Assembly: GCA_964016885.1 (NCBI GenBank)
Contig: CAXHJY010000488.1
Span: 1 to 64,000 of the forward strand
Reading direction: 5' to 3'
Length of the DNA stretch: 64,000 nucleotides
Source of the DNA: Eledone cirrhosa
Taxonomy: Eukaryota
This document shows, piece by piece, positions 51,301 through 64,000 of this stretch. The translations under genes and the position numbers were made by a program. Below the pieces are notes generated by a model, which saw nothing but the letters and a program-made list of their open reading frames with translations, did no database searches and was not told the DNA's origin. Numbering within the stretch: position 1 is the stretch's first letter; the number at the start of each line of letters is the position of its first letter.

Positions 51301-54300
51301 CATCTTTGCTATGGCAGTCATCTTTGATATGGCAGTCATGTTTGATATGGCAGTCATCTTTGATATGGCAGTCATCTTTGATATGGCAGTCATGTTTGAT
51401 ATGGCAGTCATGTTTGATATGGAAGTCATCTTTGATATGGCAGTCATCTTTGATATGGCAGTCATGTTTGATATGGCAGTCATGTTTGATATGGCAGTTA
51501 TGTTTGATATGGCAGTCATCTTTGATATGGCAGTCATCTTTGATATGGCAGTCATGTTTGATATGGCAGTCATGTTTGATATGGAAGTCATGTTTGATAT
51601 GGCAGTCATGTCTGATATGGCAGTCATGTTTGATATGGCAGTCATGTTTGAGATGGCAGTCATCTTTGATATGGCAGTCATCTTTGATATGGCAGTCATG
51701 TTTGATATGGCAGTCATGTTTGATATGGCAGTCATATTTGATATGGAAGTCATCTTTGATATGGCAGTCATCTTTGATATGGCAGTCATGTTTGATATGG
51801 CAGTCATGTTTGATATGGAAGTCATGTTTGATATGGCAGTCATGTCTGATATGGCAGTCATCTTTGATATGGCAGTCATGTTTGATATGGAAGTCATCTT
51901 TGATATGGCAGTCATCTTTGATATGGCAGTCATGTTTGATATGGCAGTCATGTTTGATATGGCAGTCATGTTTAATATGGCAGTCATCTTTGATATGGCA
52001 GTCATCTTTGATATGGAAGTCATCTTTCATATGGCAGTCATGTTTGATATGGCAGTCATGTTTGATATGGCAGTCATCTTTTATATGGCATTCATGTTTG
52101 ATATGGAAGTCATGTGTGATATGGCAGTCATCTTTGATATGGCAGTCATGTTTGATATGGAAGTCATCTTTGATATGGCAGTCATGTTTGATATGGCAGT
52201 CATCTTTGATATGGCAGTCATCTTTGATATGGCAGTCATCTTTGATATGGCAGTCATCTTTGATATGGCAGTCATGTTTGATATGGCAGTCATCTTTGAT
52301 ATGGCAGTCATGTTTGATATGGCAGTCATCTTTGATATGGCAGTCATGTTTGATATGGCAGTCATGTTTGATATGGCAGTCATGTTTGATATGGAAGTCA
52401 TCTTTGATATGGCAGTCATCTTTGATATGGAAGTCATGTTTGATATGGCAGTCATGTTTGATATGGCAGTCATGTTTGATATGGCAGTCATGTTTGATAT
52501 GGCAGTCATGTTTGATATGGCAGTCATGTTTGATATGGCAGTCATGTTTGATATGGCAGTCATCTTTGATATGGCAGTCATCTTTGATATGGCAGTCATG
52601 TTTGATATGGCAGTCATCTTTGATATGGCAGTCATGTTTGATATGGCAGTTATGTTTGATATGGAAGTCATCTTTGATATGGCAGTCATCTTTGATATGG
52701 CAGTCATGTTTGATATGGCAGTCATGTTTGATATGGCTGTCATCTTTGATATGGCAGTCATGTTTGATATGGCAGTCATCTTTGATATGGCAGTCATGTT
52801 TGATATGGCAGACATGTTTGATATGGCAGTCATCTTTGATATGTCAGTCATCTTTGATACGGCAGTCATGTTTGATATGGAAGTCATCTTTGATATGGCA
52901 GTCATCTTTGATATGGCAGTCATCTTTGATATGGCAGTCATCTTTGATATGGCAGTGATGTTTGATATGGCAGTCATGTTTGATATGGAAGTCATCTTTG
53001 ATCTGGCAGTCATCTTTGATATGGCAGTCATCTTTGATATGGCAGTCATCTTTGATATGGCAGTCATGTTTGATATGGCAGACATGTTTGATATGGCAGT
53101 CACCTTTGATATGGCAGTCATCTTTGATATGGCAGTCATGTTTGCTATGGAAGTCATGTTTGATATGGAAGTCATCTTTGATACGGCAGTCATCTTTGAT
53201 ATGGCAGTCATCTTTGATATGGCAGTCATGTTTGATATGGCAGCCATGTTTGATATGGCAGTCATCTTTGATATGGCAGACATGTTTGATATGGCAGTCA
53301 TCTTTGATATGGCAGTCATCTTTGATACGGCAGTCATGTTTGATATGGAAGTCATCTTTGATATGGCAGTCATCTTTGATATGGCAGTCGTGTTTGATAT
53401 GGCAGTTATGTTTGATATGGCAGTCATCTTTGATATGGCAGTCATCTTTGATATGGCAGTCATGTTTGATATGGCAGTCATCTTTGATATGGCAGTCATG
53501 TTTGATATGGCAGTCATGTTTGATATGGCAGTCACCTTTGATATGGCAGTCATCTTTGATATGGCAGTCATGTTTGATATGGAAGTCATCTTTGATATGG
53601 CAGTCATCTTTGATATGGCAGTCATGTTTGATATGGCAGTCATGTTTGAAATGGCAGTCATCTTTGATATGGCAGTCATCTTTGATATGGCAGCCATGTT
53701 TGATATGGCAGTCATCTTTGATATGGCAGTCATGTTTGATATGGCAGTCATGTTTGATATGGCAGTCACCTTTGATATGGCAGTCATCTTTGATATGGCA
53801 GCCATGTTTGATATGGCAGTCATGTTTGATATGGCAGTCATGTTTGATATGGCAGTCACCTTTGATATGGCAGTCATCTTTGATATGGCAGTTATGTTTG
53901 ATATGGCAGTCATCTTTGATATGGCTGTCATCTTTGATATGGCAGTCATCTTTGATATGGCAGTCATCTTTGATATGGCAGTCATGTTTGATATGGCAGA
54001 CATGTTTAATATGGCAGTCATCTTTGATATGGCAGTCATCTTTGATATGACAGTCATGTTTGATATGGAAGTCATCTTTGATATGGCAGTCATCTTTGAT
54101 ATGGCAGTCATCTTTGATATGGCAGTCATGTTTGATATGGCAGTCATCTTTGATATGGCAGTCATCTTTGATATGGCAGTCATGTTTGATATGGCAGTCA
54201 TGTTTGATATGGCAGTCATGTTTGATATGGAAGTCATGTTTGATATGGCAGTCATGTCTGATATGGCAGTCATCTTTGATATGGCAGTTATGTTTGATAT

Positions 54301-57300
54301 GGCAGTCATCTTTGATATGGCAGTCATCTTTCATATGGCAGTCATGTTTGATATGGAAGTCATCTTTGATATGGCAGTCATCTTTGATATGGCAGTCGTG
54401 TTTGATATGGCAGTTAGGTTTGATATGGCAGTCATCTTTGATATGGCAGTCATCTTTGATATGGCAGTCATGTTTGATATGGCAGTCATCTTTGATATGG
54501 CAGTCATGTTTGATATGGCAGTCACCTTTGATATGGCAGTCATCTTTGATATGGCAGTCATGTTTGATATGGCAGTCATGTTTGAAATGGCAGTCATCTT
54601 TGATATGGCAGTCATCTTTGATATGGCAGTCATGTTTGATATGGCAGTCATCTTTGATATGGCAGTCATGTTTGATATGGCAGTCATGTTTGATATGGCA
54701 GTCACCTTTGATATGGCAGTCATCTTTGATATGGCAGCCATGTTTGATATGGCAGTCATGTTTGATATGGCAGTCATGTTTGATATGGCAGTCACCTTTG
54801 ATATGGCAGTCATCTTTGATATGGCAGTTATGTTTGATATGGCAGTCATCTTTGATATGGCTGTCATCTTTGATATGGCAGTCATGTTTGATATGGCAGT
54901 CATCTTTGATATGGCAGTCATGTTTGATATGGCAGTCATCTTTGATATGGCAGTCATCTTTCATATGGCAGTCATCTTTGATATGGCAGTCATCTTTGAT
55001 ATGGCAGTCATGTTTGATATGGCAGACATGTTTGATATGGCAGTCATCTTTGATATGGCAGTCATCTTTGATATGACAGTCATGTTTGATATGGAAGTCA
55101 TCTTTGATATGGCAGTCATCTTTGATATGGCAGTCATCTTTGATATGGCAGTCATGTTTGATATGGCAGTCATCTTTGATATGGCAGTCATCTTTGATAT
55201 GGCAGTCATGTTTGATATGGCAGTCATGTTTGATATGGCAGTCATGTTTGATATGGAAGTCATGTTTGATATGGCAGTCATGTCTGATATGGCAGTCATC
55301 TTTGATATGGCAGTTATGTTTGATATGGCAGTCATCTTTGATATGGCAGTCATCTTTCATATGGCAGTCATGTTTGATATGGAAGTCATCTTTGATATGG
55401 CAGTCATCTTTGATATGGCAGTCGTGTTTGATATGGCAGTTATGTTTGATATGGCAGTCATCTTTGATATGGCAGTCATCTTTGATATGGCAGTCATGTT
55501 TGATATGGCAGTCATCTTTGATATGGCAGTCATGTTTGATATGGCAGTCATGTTTGATATGGCAGTCACCTTTGATATGGCAGTCATCTTTGATATGGCA
55601 GTCATGTTTGATATGGAAGTCATCTTTGATATGGCAGTCATCTTTGATATGGCAGTCATGTTTGATATGGCAGTCATGTTTGAAATGGCAGTCATCTTTG
55701 ATATGGCAGTCATCTTTGATATGGCAGTCATGTTTGATATGGCAGTCATCTTTGATATGGCAGTCATGTTTGATATGGCAGTCATGTTTGATATGGCAGT
55801 CACCTTTGATATGGCAGTCATCTTTGATATGGCAGTCATCTTTGATATGGCAGTCATGTTTGATATGGCAGTCATGTTTGAAATGGCAGTCATCTTTGAT
55901 ATGGCAGTCATCTTTGATATGGCAGTCATGTTTGATATGGCAGTCATCTTTGATATGGCAGTCATGTTTGATATGGCAGTCATGTTTGATATGGCAGTCA
56001 CCTTTGATATGGCAGTCATCTTTGATATAGCAGTCATCTTTGATATGGCAGTCATCTTTGATATGGCAGTCGTATTTGATATGGCAGTCATGTTTGATAT
56101 GGCAGTCATGTTTGATATGGAAGTCATCTTTGATATGGCAGTCATCTTTGATATGGCAGTCATGTTTGATATGGCAGTCATCTTTGATATGGCAGTCATG
56201 TTTGATATGGCAGACATGTTTGATATGGCAGTCAACTTTGATATGGCAGTCATCTTTGATATGGCAGTCATGTTTGATATGGCAGTCATGTTTGATATGG
56301 AAGTCATCTTTGATATGGCAGTCATCTTTGATATGGCAGTCATCTTTGATATGGCAGTCATCTTTGATATGGCAGTCATGTTTGATATGGCAGTCATGTT
56401 TGATATGGCAGACTTGTTTGATATGGAAGTCATCTTTGATATGGCAGTCATCTTTGATATGGCAGTCATGTTTGATATGGCAGTCATCTTTGATATGGCA
56501 GTCATGTTTGATATGGCAGTCATGTTTGCTATGGAAGTCATGTTTGATATGGAAGTCATCTTTGATACGGCAGTCATCTTTGATATGGCAGTCATGTTTG
56601 ATATGGCAGTCATGTTTGATATGGCAGTCATATTTGATATGGCAGTCATGTTTGATATGGCAGTCATGTTTGATATGGCAGTCACCTTTGATATGGCAGT
56701 CATCTTTGATATGGCAGTCATGTTTGATATGGCAGTCATGTTGGATATGGCAGTCATCTTTGATATGGCAGTCATGTTTGATATGGCAGTCATCTTTGAT
56801 ATGGCAGTCATGTTTGATATGGCAGTCATCTTTGATATGGCAGTCATCTTTGATATGGCAGTCATCTTTGATATGGCAGTCATCTTTGATATGGCAGTCA
56901 TGTTTGATATGGCAGACATGTTTGATATGACAGTCATCTTTGATATGGCAGTCATCTTTGATATGACAGTCATGTTTGATATGGAAGTCATCTTTGATAT
57001 GGCAGTCATCTTTGATATGGCAGTCATCTTTGATATGGCAGTCATGTTTGATATGGCAGTCATGTTTGATATGGCAGTCATGTTTGATATGGCAGTCATG
57101 TTTGATATGGAAGTCATGTTTGATATGGCAGTCATGTCTGATATGGCAGTCATCTTTGATATGGCAGTCATGTTTGATATGGCAGTCATCTTTGATATGG
57201 CAGTCATCTTTCATATGGCAGTCATGTTTGATATGGAAGTCATCTTTGATATGGCAGTCATCTTTGATATGGCAGTCATGTTTGATATGGCAGTCATGTT

Positions 57301-60300
57301 TGATATGGCAGTCATCTTTGATATGGCAGTCATCTTTGATATGGCAGTCATCTTTGATATGGCAGTCATGTTTGATATGGCAGTCATGTTTGATATGGCA
57401 GTCACCTTTGATATGGCAGTCATCTTTGATATGGCAGTCATGTTTGATATGGAAGTCATCTTTGATATGGCAGTCATCTTTGATATGGCAGTCATGTTTG
57501 ATATGGCAGTCATGTTTGATATGGCAGTCATCTTTGATATGGCAGTCATCTTTGATATGGCAGTCATGTTTGATATGGCAGTCATCTTTCATATGGCAGT
57601 CATGTTTGATATGGCAGTCATGTTTGATATGGCAGTCACCTTTGATATGGCAGTCATCTTTGATATGGCAGTCATGTTTGATATGGATGTCATCTTTGAT
57701 ATGGCAGTCATCTTTGATATGGCAGTCATCTTAGATATGGCAGTCATCTTTGATATGGCAGTCATGTTTGATATGGCAGTCATGTTTGATATGGCAGTCA
57801 TGTTTGATATGGCAGTCATCTTTGATATGGCAGTCATGTTTGATATGGCAGTCATGTTTGATATGGCAGTCATGTTTGATATGGAAGTCATCTTTGATAT
57901 GGCAGTCATCTTTGATATGGCAGTCATGTTTGATATGGCAGTCATGTTTGATATGGCAGTCACCTTTCATATGGCAGTCATCTTTGATATGGCAGTCATG
58001 TTTGATATGGCAGTCATGTTTGATATGGCAGTCATCTTTGATATGGCAGTCATGTTTGATATGGCAGTCATCTTTGATATGGCAGTCATCTTTGATATGG
58101 CAGTCATGTTTGTTATGGCAGTCATCTTTGATATGGCAGTCATGTTTGATATGGAAGTCATCTTTGATATGGCAGTCATCGTTGATATGGCAGTCATGTT
58201 TGATATGGCAGTCATGTTTGATATGGCAGTGATCTTTGATATGGCAGTCATGTTTGATATGGCAGTCATCTTTGATATGGCAGTCATGTTTGATATGGCA
58301 GACATGTTTGATATGGCAGTCATCTTTGATATGGCAGTCATCTTTGATATGGCAGTCATGTTTGATATGGAAGTCATCTTTGATATGGCAGTCATCTTTG
58401 ATATGGCAGTCATCTTTGATATGGCAGTCATCTTTGATATGGCAGTCATGTTTGATATGGCAGTCATGTTTGATATGGCAGTCATGTTTGATATGGAAGT
58501 CATCTTTGATCTGGCAGTCATCTTTGATATGGCAGTCATGTTTGATATGGCAGTCATCTTTGATATGGCAGTCATGTTTGATATGGCAGACATGTTTGAT
58601 ATGGCAGTCACCTTTGATATGGCAGTCATCTTTGATATGGCAGTCATGTTTGCTATGGAAGTCATGTTTGATATGGAAGTCATCTTTGATACGGCAGTCA
58701 TCTTTGATATGGCAGTCATCTTTGATATGGCAGTCATGTTTGATATGGCAGTCATGTTTGATATGGCAGTCATGTTTGATATGGCTGTCATGTTTGATAT
58801 GGCAGTCACCTTTGATATGGCAGTCATCTTTGATATGGCAGTCATGTTTGATATGGCAGTCATCTTTGATATGGCTGTCATCTTTGATATGGCAGTCATC
58901 TTTGATATGGCAGTCATCTTTGATATGGCAGTTATGTTTGATATGGCAGTCATCTTTGATATAGCAGTCATCTTTGATATGGCAGTCATCTTTGATATGG
59001 CAGTCATCTTTGATATGGCAGTCATGTTTGATATGGCAGACATGTTTGATATGGCAGTCATCTTTGATATGGCAGTCATCTTTGATATGACAGTCATGTT
59101 TGATATGGAAGTCATCTTTGATATGGCAGTCATCTTTGATATGGCAGTCATCTTTGATATGGCAGTCATCTTTGATATGGCAGTCATGTTTGATATGGCA
59201 GTCATGTTTGATATGGAAGTCATGTTTGATATGGCAGTCATGTCTGATATGGCAGTCATGTTTGATATGGCAGTCATGTTTGATATGGCAGTCATGTTTG
59301 ATATGGCAGTCATCTTTCATATGGCAGTCATGTTTGATATGGAAGTCATCTTTGATATGGCAGTCATCTTTGATATGGCAGTCATGTTTGATATGGCAGT
59401 CATGATTGATATGGGAGTCATCTTTGATATGGCAGTCATCTTTGATATGGCAGTCATGTTCCATATGGCAGTCATCTTTGATATGGCAGTCATGTTTGAC
59501 ATGGCAGTCATGTTTGATATGGCAGTCACCTTTGATATGGCAGTCATCTTTGATATGGCAGTCATGTTTGATATGGAAGTCATGTTTGATATGGCAGTCA
59601 TGTTTGAAATGGCAGTCATCTTTGATATGGCAGTCATCTTTGATATGGCAGTCATCTTTGATATGGCAGTCATGTTTGATATGGCAGTCATGTTTGATAT
59701 GGCAGTCACCTTTGATATGGCAGTCATCTTTGATATGGCAGTCATGTTTGATATGGATGTCATCTTTGATATGGCAGTCATCTTTGATATGGCAGTCATG
59801 TTTGATATGGCAGTCATGTTTGCTATGGCAGTCATGTTTGATATGGCAGTCATGTTTGATATGGAAGTCATCTTTGATATGGCAGTCATCTTTGATATGG
59901 CAGTCATGTTTGATATGGCAGTCATGTTTGATATGGCAGTCATGTTTGATATGGCAGTCACCTTTGATATGGCAGTCATCTTTGATATGGCAGTCATGTT
60001 TGATATGGCAGTCATGTTTGATATGGCAGTCATCTTTGATATGGCAGTCATGTTTGATATGGCAGTCATCTTTGATATGGCAGTCATGTTTGATATGGCA
60101 GTCATCTTTGATATGGCAGTCATGTTTGATATGGCAGTCATCTTTGATATGGCAGTCATCTTTGATATGGCAGTCATGTTTGATATGGAAGTCATCTTTG
60201 ATATGGCAGTCATCTTTGATATGGCAGTCATCTTTGATATGGCAGTCATCTTTGATATGGCAGTCGTATTTGATATGGCAGTCATGTTTGATATGGCAGT

Positions 60301-63300
60301 CATGTTTGATATGGAAGTCATCTTTGATATGGCAGTCATCTTTGATATGGCAGTCATGTTTGATATAGCAGTCATCTTTGATATGGCAGTCATGTTTGAT
60401 ATGGCAGACTTGTTTGATATGGCAGTCAACTTTGATATGGCAGTCATCTTTGATATGGCAGTCATGTTTGATATGGAAGTCATGTTTGATATGGAAGTCA
60501 TCTTTGATACGGCAGTCATGTTCGATATGGAAGTCATCTTTGATATGGCAGTCATCTTTGATATGGCAGTCATGTTTGATATGGCAGTCATGTTTGATAT
60601 GGCAGTCATGTTTGATATGGCAGTCATGTTTGATATGGCAGTCATGTTTGATATGGCAGTCATGTTTGATATGGCAGTCATGTTTGATATGGAAGTCATG
60701 TTTGATATGGCAGTCATGTTTGATATGGCAGTCATGTTTGATATGGCAGTCATCTTTGATATGGCAGTCATGTTTGAAATGAAAGTCATCTTTGATATGG
60801 CAGTCATCTTTGATATGGCAGTCATGTTTGATATGGCAGTCATGTTTGATATGGCAGTCATCTTTGATATGGCAGTCATCTTTGATATGGCAGTCATGTT
60901 TGATATGGCAGTCATCTTTGATATGGCAGTCATCTTTGATATGGCAGTCATGTTTGATATGGCAGTCATCTTTGTTATGGCAGTCATGTTTGATATGGCA
61001 GTCATGTTTGATATGGCAGTCATGTTTGATATGGAAGTCATCTTTGATATGGCAGTCATCTTTGATATGGCAGTCATGTTTGATATGGCAGTCATGTTTG
61101 ATATGGCAGTCATGTCTGATATGGCAGTCATCTTTGATATGGCAGTCATGTTTGATATGGCAGTCATGTTTGATATGGCAGTCATGTTTGATATGGAAGT
61201 CATGTTTGATATGGCAGTCATGTCTGATATGGCAGTCATGTTTGATATGGCAATCATGTTTGATATGACAGTCATCTTTGATATGGCAGTCATCTTTGAT
61301 ATGGCAGTCATGTTTGATATGGCAGTCATGTTTGATATGGCAGTTATGTTTGATATGGAAGTCATCTTTGATATGGCAGTCATCTTTGATATGGCAGTCA
61401 TGTTTGATATGGCAGTCATGTTTGATATGGCTGTCATGTTTGATATGGCAGTCATCTTTGATATGGCAGTCATCTTTGATATGGCAGTCATGTTTGATAT
61501 GGCAGTCATGTTTGATATGGAAGTCATGTTTGATATGGCAGTCATGTCTGATATGGCAGTCATCTTTGATATGGCAGTCATGTTTGATATGGAAGTCATC
61601 TTTGATATGGCAGTCATCTTTGATATGGCAGTCATGTTTGATATGGCAGTCATGTTTGATATGGAAGTCATCTTTGATATGGCAGTCATCTTTGATATGG
61701 CAGTCATCTTTGATATGGCAGTCATGTTTGATATGGAATCATCTTTGATATGGCAGTCATCTTTGATATGGCAGTCATGTTTGATATGGCAGTCATGTTT
61801 GATATGGCAGTCATCTTTGATATGGCAGTCATCTTTGATATGGAAGTCATCATTCATATGGCAGTCATGTTTGATATGGCAGTCATCTTTGATATGGCAG
61901 TCATCTTTTATATGGCAGTCATGTTTGATATGGAAGTCATGTTTGATATGGCAGTCATCTTTGATATGGCAGTAATCTTTGATATGGCAGTCATCTTTGA
62001 TATGGCAGTCATGTTTGATATGGCAGTCATCTTTGATATGGCAGTCAAGTTTGATATGGCAGTCATCTTTGATATGGTAGTCATGTTTGATATGGCAGTC
62101 ATCTTTGATATGGCAGTCATGTTTGATATGGCAGTCATGTTTGATATGGCAGTCATGTTTGATATGGAAGTCATCTTTGATATGGCAGTCATCTTTGATA
62201 TGGAAGTCATGTTTGATATGGCAGTCATCTTTGATATCGCAGTCATCTTTGATATGGCAGTCATCTTTGATATGGCAGTCATGTTTGATATGGCAGTCAT
62301 GTTTGATATGGCAGTCATGTTTGATATGGCAGTCATGTTTGATATGGCAGTCATCTTTGATATGGCAGTCATGTTTGATATGGCAGTCATCTTTGATATG
62401 GCAGTCATGTTTGATATGGCAGTCATCTTTGATATGGCAGTCATGTTTGATATGGCAGTCATCTTTGATATGGCAGTCATGTTTGATATGGAAGTCATGT
62501 TTGATATGGCAGTCATCTTTGATATGGGAGTGATGTTTAATATGGAAGTCATCTTTGATATGGCAGTCATCTTTGATATGGCAGTCATGTTTGATATGGC
62601 AGTCATGTTTGATATGGCAGTCATCTTTGATATGGCAGTCATGTTTGATATGGCAGTCACCTTTGATATGGCAGTCATCTTTGATATGGCAGTCATGTTT
62701 GATATGGCAGTCATGTTTGATATGGAGTCACCTTTGATATGGCAGTCATCTTTGATATGGCAGTCATGTTTGATATGGATGTCATCTTTGATATGGCAGT
62801 CATCTTTGATATGGCAGTCATCTTTGATATGGCAGTCATGTTTGATATGGCAGTCATGTTTGATATGGCAGTCATGTTTGATATGGAAGTCATCTTTGAT
62901 ATGGCAGCCATGTTTGATATGGCAGTCATGTTTGATATGGCAGTCATGTTTGATATGGAAGTCATATTTGATATGGCAGTCATCTCTGATATGGCAGTCA
63001 TGTTTGATATGGCATTCATGTTTGATATGTCAGTCATGTTTGATATGGCATTCATCTTTGATATGGCAGTCATCTTTGATATGGCAGTCATGTTTGATAT
63101 GGCAGTCATGTTTGATATGGAAGTCATGTTTGATATGGCAGTCATGTCTGATATGGCAGTCATCTTTGATATAGCAGTCATGTTTGATATGGAAGTCATC
63201 TTTGATATGGCAGTCATCTTTGATATGGCAGTCATGTTTGATATGGCAGTCATGTTTGATATGGCAGTCATGTTTGATATGGCAGTCATCTTTGATATGG

Positions 63301-64000
63301 CAGTCATCTTTGATATGGAAGTCATCTTTCATATGGCAGTCATGTTTGATATGGCAGTCATGTTTGATATGGCAGTCATCTTTTATATGGCAGTCATGTT
63401 TGATATGGAAGTCATGTTTGATATGGCAGTCATCTTTGATATGGCATTCATGTTTGATATGGAAGGCATCTTTGATATGGCAGTCATGTTTGATATGGCA
63501 GTCATCTTTGATATGGCAGTCATCTTTGATATGGCAGTCATCTTTGATATGGCAGTCATCTTTGATATGGCAGTCATCTTTGATATGGCAGTCATGTTTG
63601 ATATGGCAGTCATCTTTGATATGGCAGTCATGTTTGATATGGCAGTCATCTTTGATATGGCAGTCATGTTTGATATGGCAGTCATCTTTGATATGGCAGT
63701 CATGTTTGATATGGCAGTCATCTTTGATATGGCAGTCATGTTTGATATGGAAGTCATCTTTGATATGGCAGTCATCTTTGATATGGAAGTCATGTTTGAT
63801 ATGGCAGTCAAGTTTGATATGGCAGTCATCTTTGATATGGCAGTCATCTTTGATATGGCAGTCATGTTTGATATGGCAGTCATGTTTGATATGGCAGTCT
63901 TCTTTGATATGGCAGTCTTCTTTGATATGGCAGTCATCTTTGATATGGCAGTCATGTTTGATATGGCAGTCATGTTTGATATGGCAGTCATGTTTGATAT
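39367..64000. repeat. 18-bp tandem satellite TTTGATATGGCAGTCAT(C/G), about 1370 units, running off the window end
   Basis: Direct inspection; C/G dimorphism, frequent GGA variant, rare 19- and 17-bp units. Confidence 0.99.

Noticed and set aside
43475-61975. 6166-aa (FDMAVI/M)n ORF and the other satellite ORFs
   Set aside because: The unit length is a multiple of 3 and no consensus codon (TTT GAT ATG GCA GTC ATS) is one substitution from a stop, so openness is expected. Frameshifting 19- and 17-bp units occur, and there is no unique N- or C-terminus.
39367-64000. CRISPR-like array
   Set aside because: Repeats are contiguous with no unique spacers, there are no cas genes, and the context is eukaryotic.

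Overview
Eukaryotic, repeat-saturated DNA with no recognisable host gene. The SINE family, RTE type and microsatellite load suggest an octopus/cephalopod (inference). Bases 1-39.3 kb are a nest of retroelements in microsatellites: an intact RTE LINE with C-terminal C2H2 fingers, four ~600-bp non-autonomous RTE derivatives, an intact R4/Dong-type RLE LINE plus truncated relatives, an L1/Tx1 3' fragment, tRNA-headed Nin-type SINE arrays, and Penelope-like elements (PLEs). Bases 39.4-64 kb are an 18-bp satellite with higher-order duplications, and its giant ORFs are artefacts. The most notable signal is about eight unrelated hammerhead-ribozyme-like motifs, folded by eye. Several have variant cores (U3-A8, CAGUUGA) or very long stem II. 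Most lie in fold-back (inverted-repeat) elements of 0.3-3.4 kb ending in (TA)n, and in two of them the inversion centre sits at the ribozyme core. This suggests a diverse population of PLE-derived, hammerhead-bearing palindromic retroelements targeting (TA)n.
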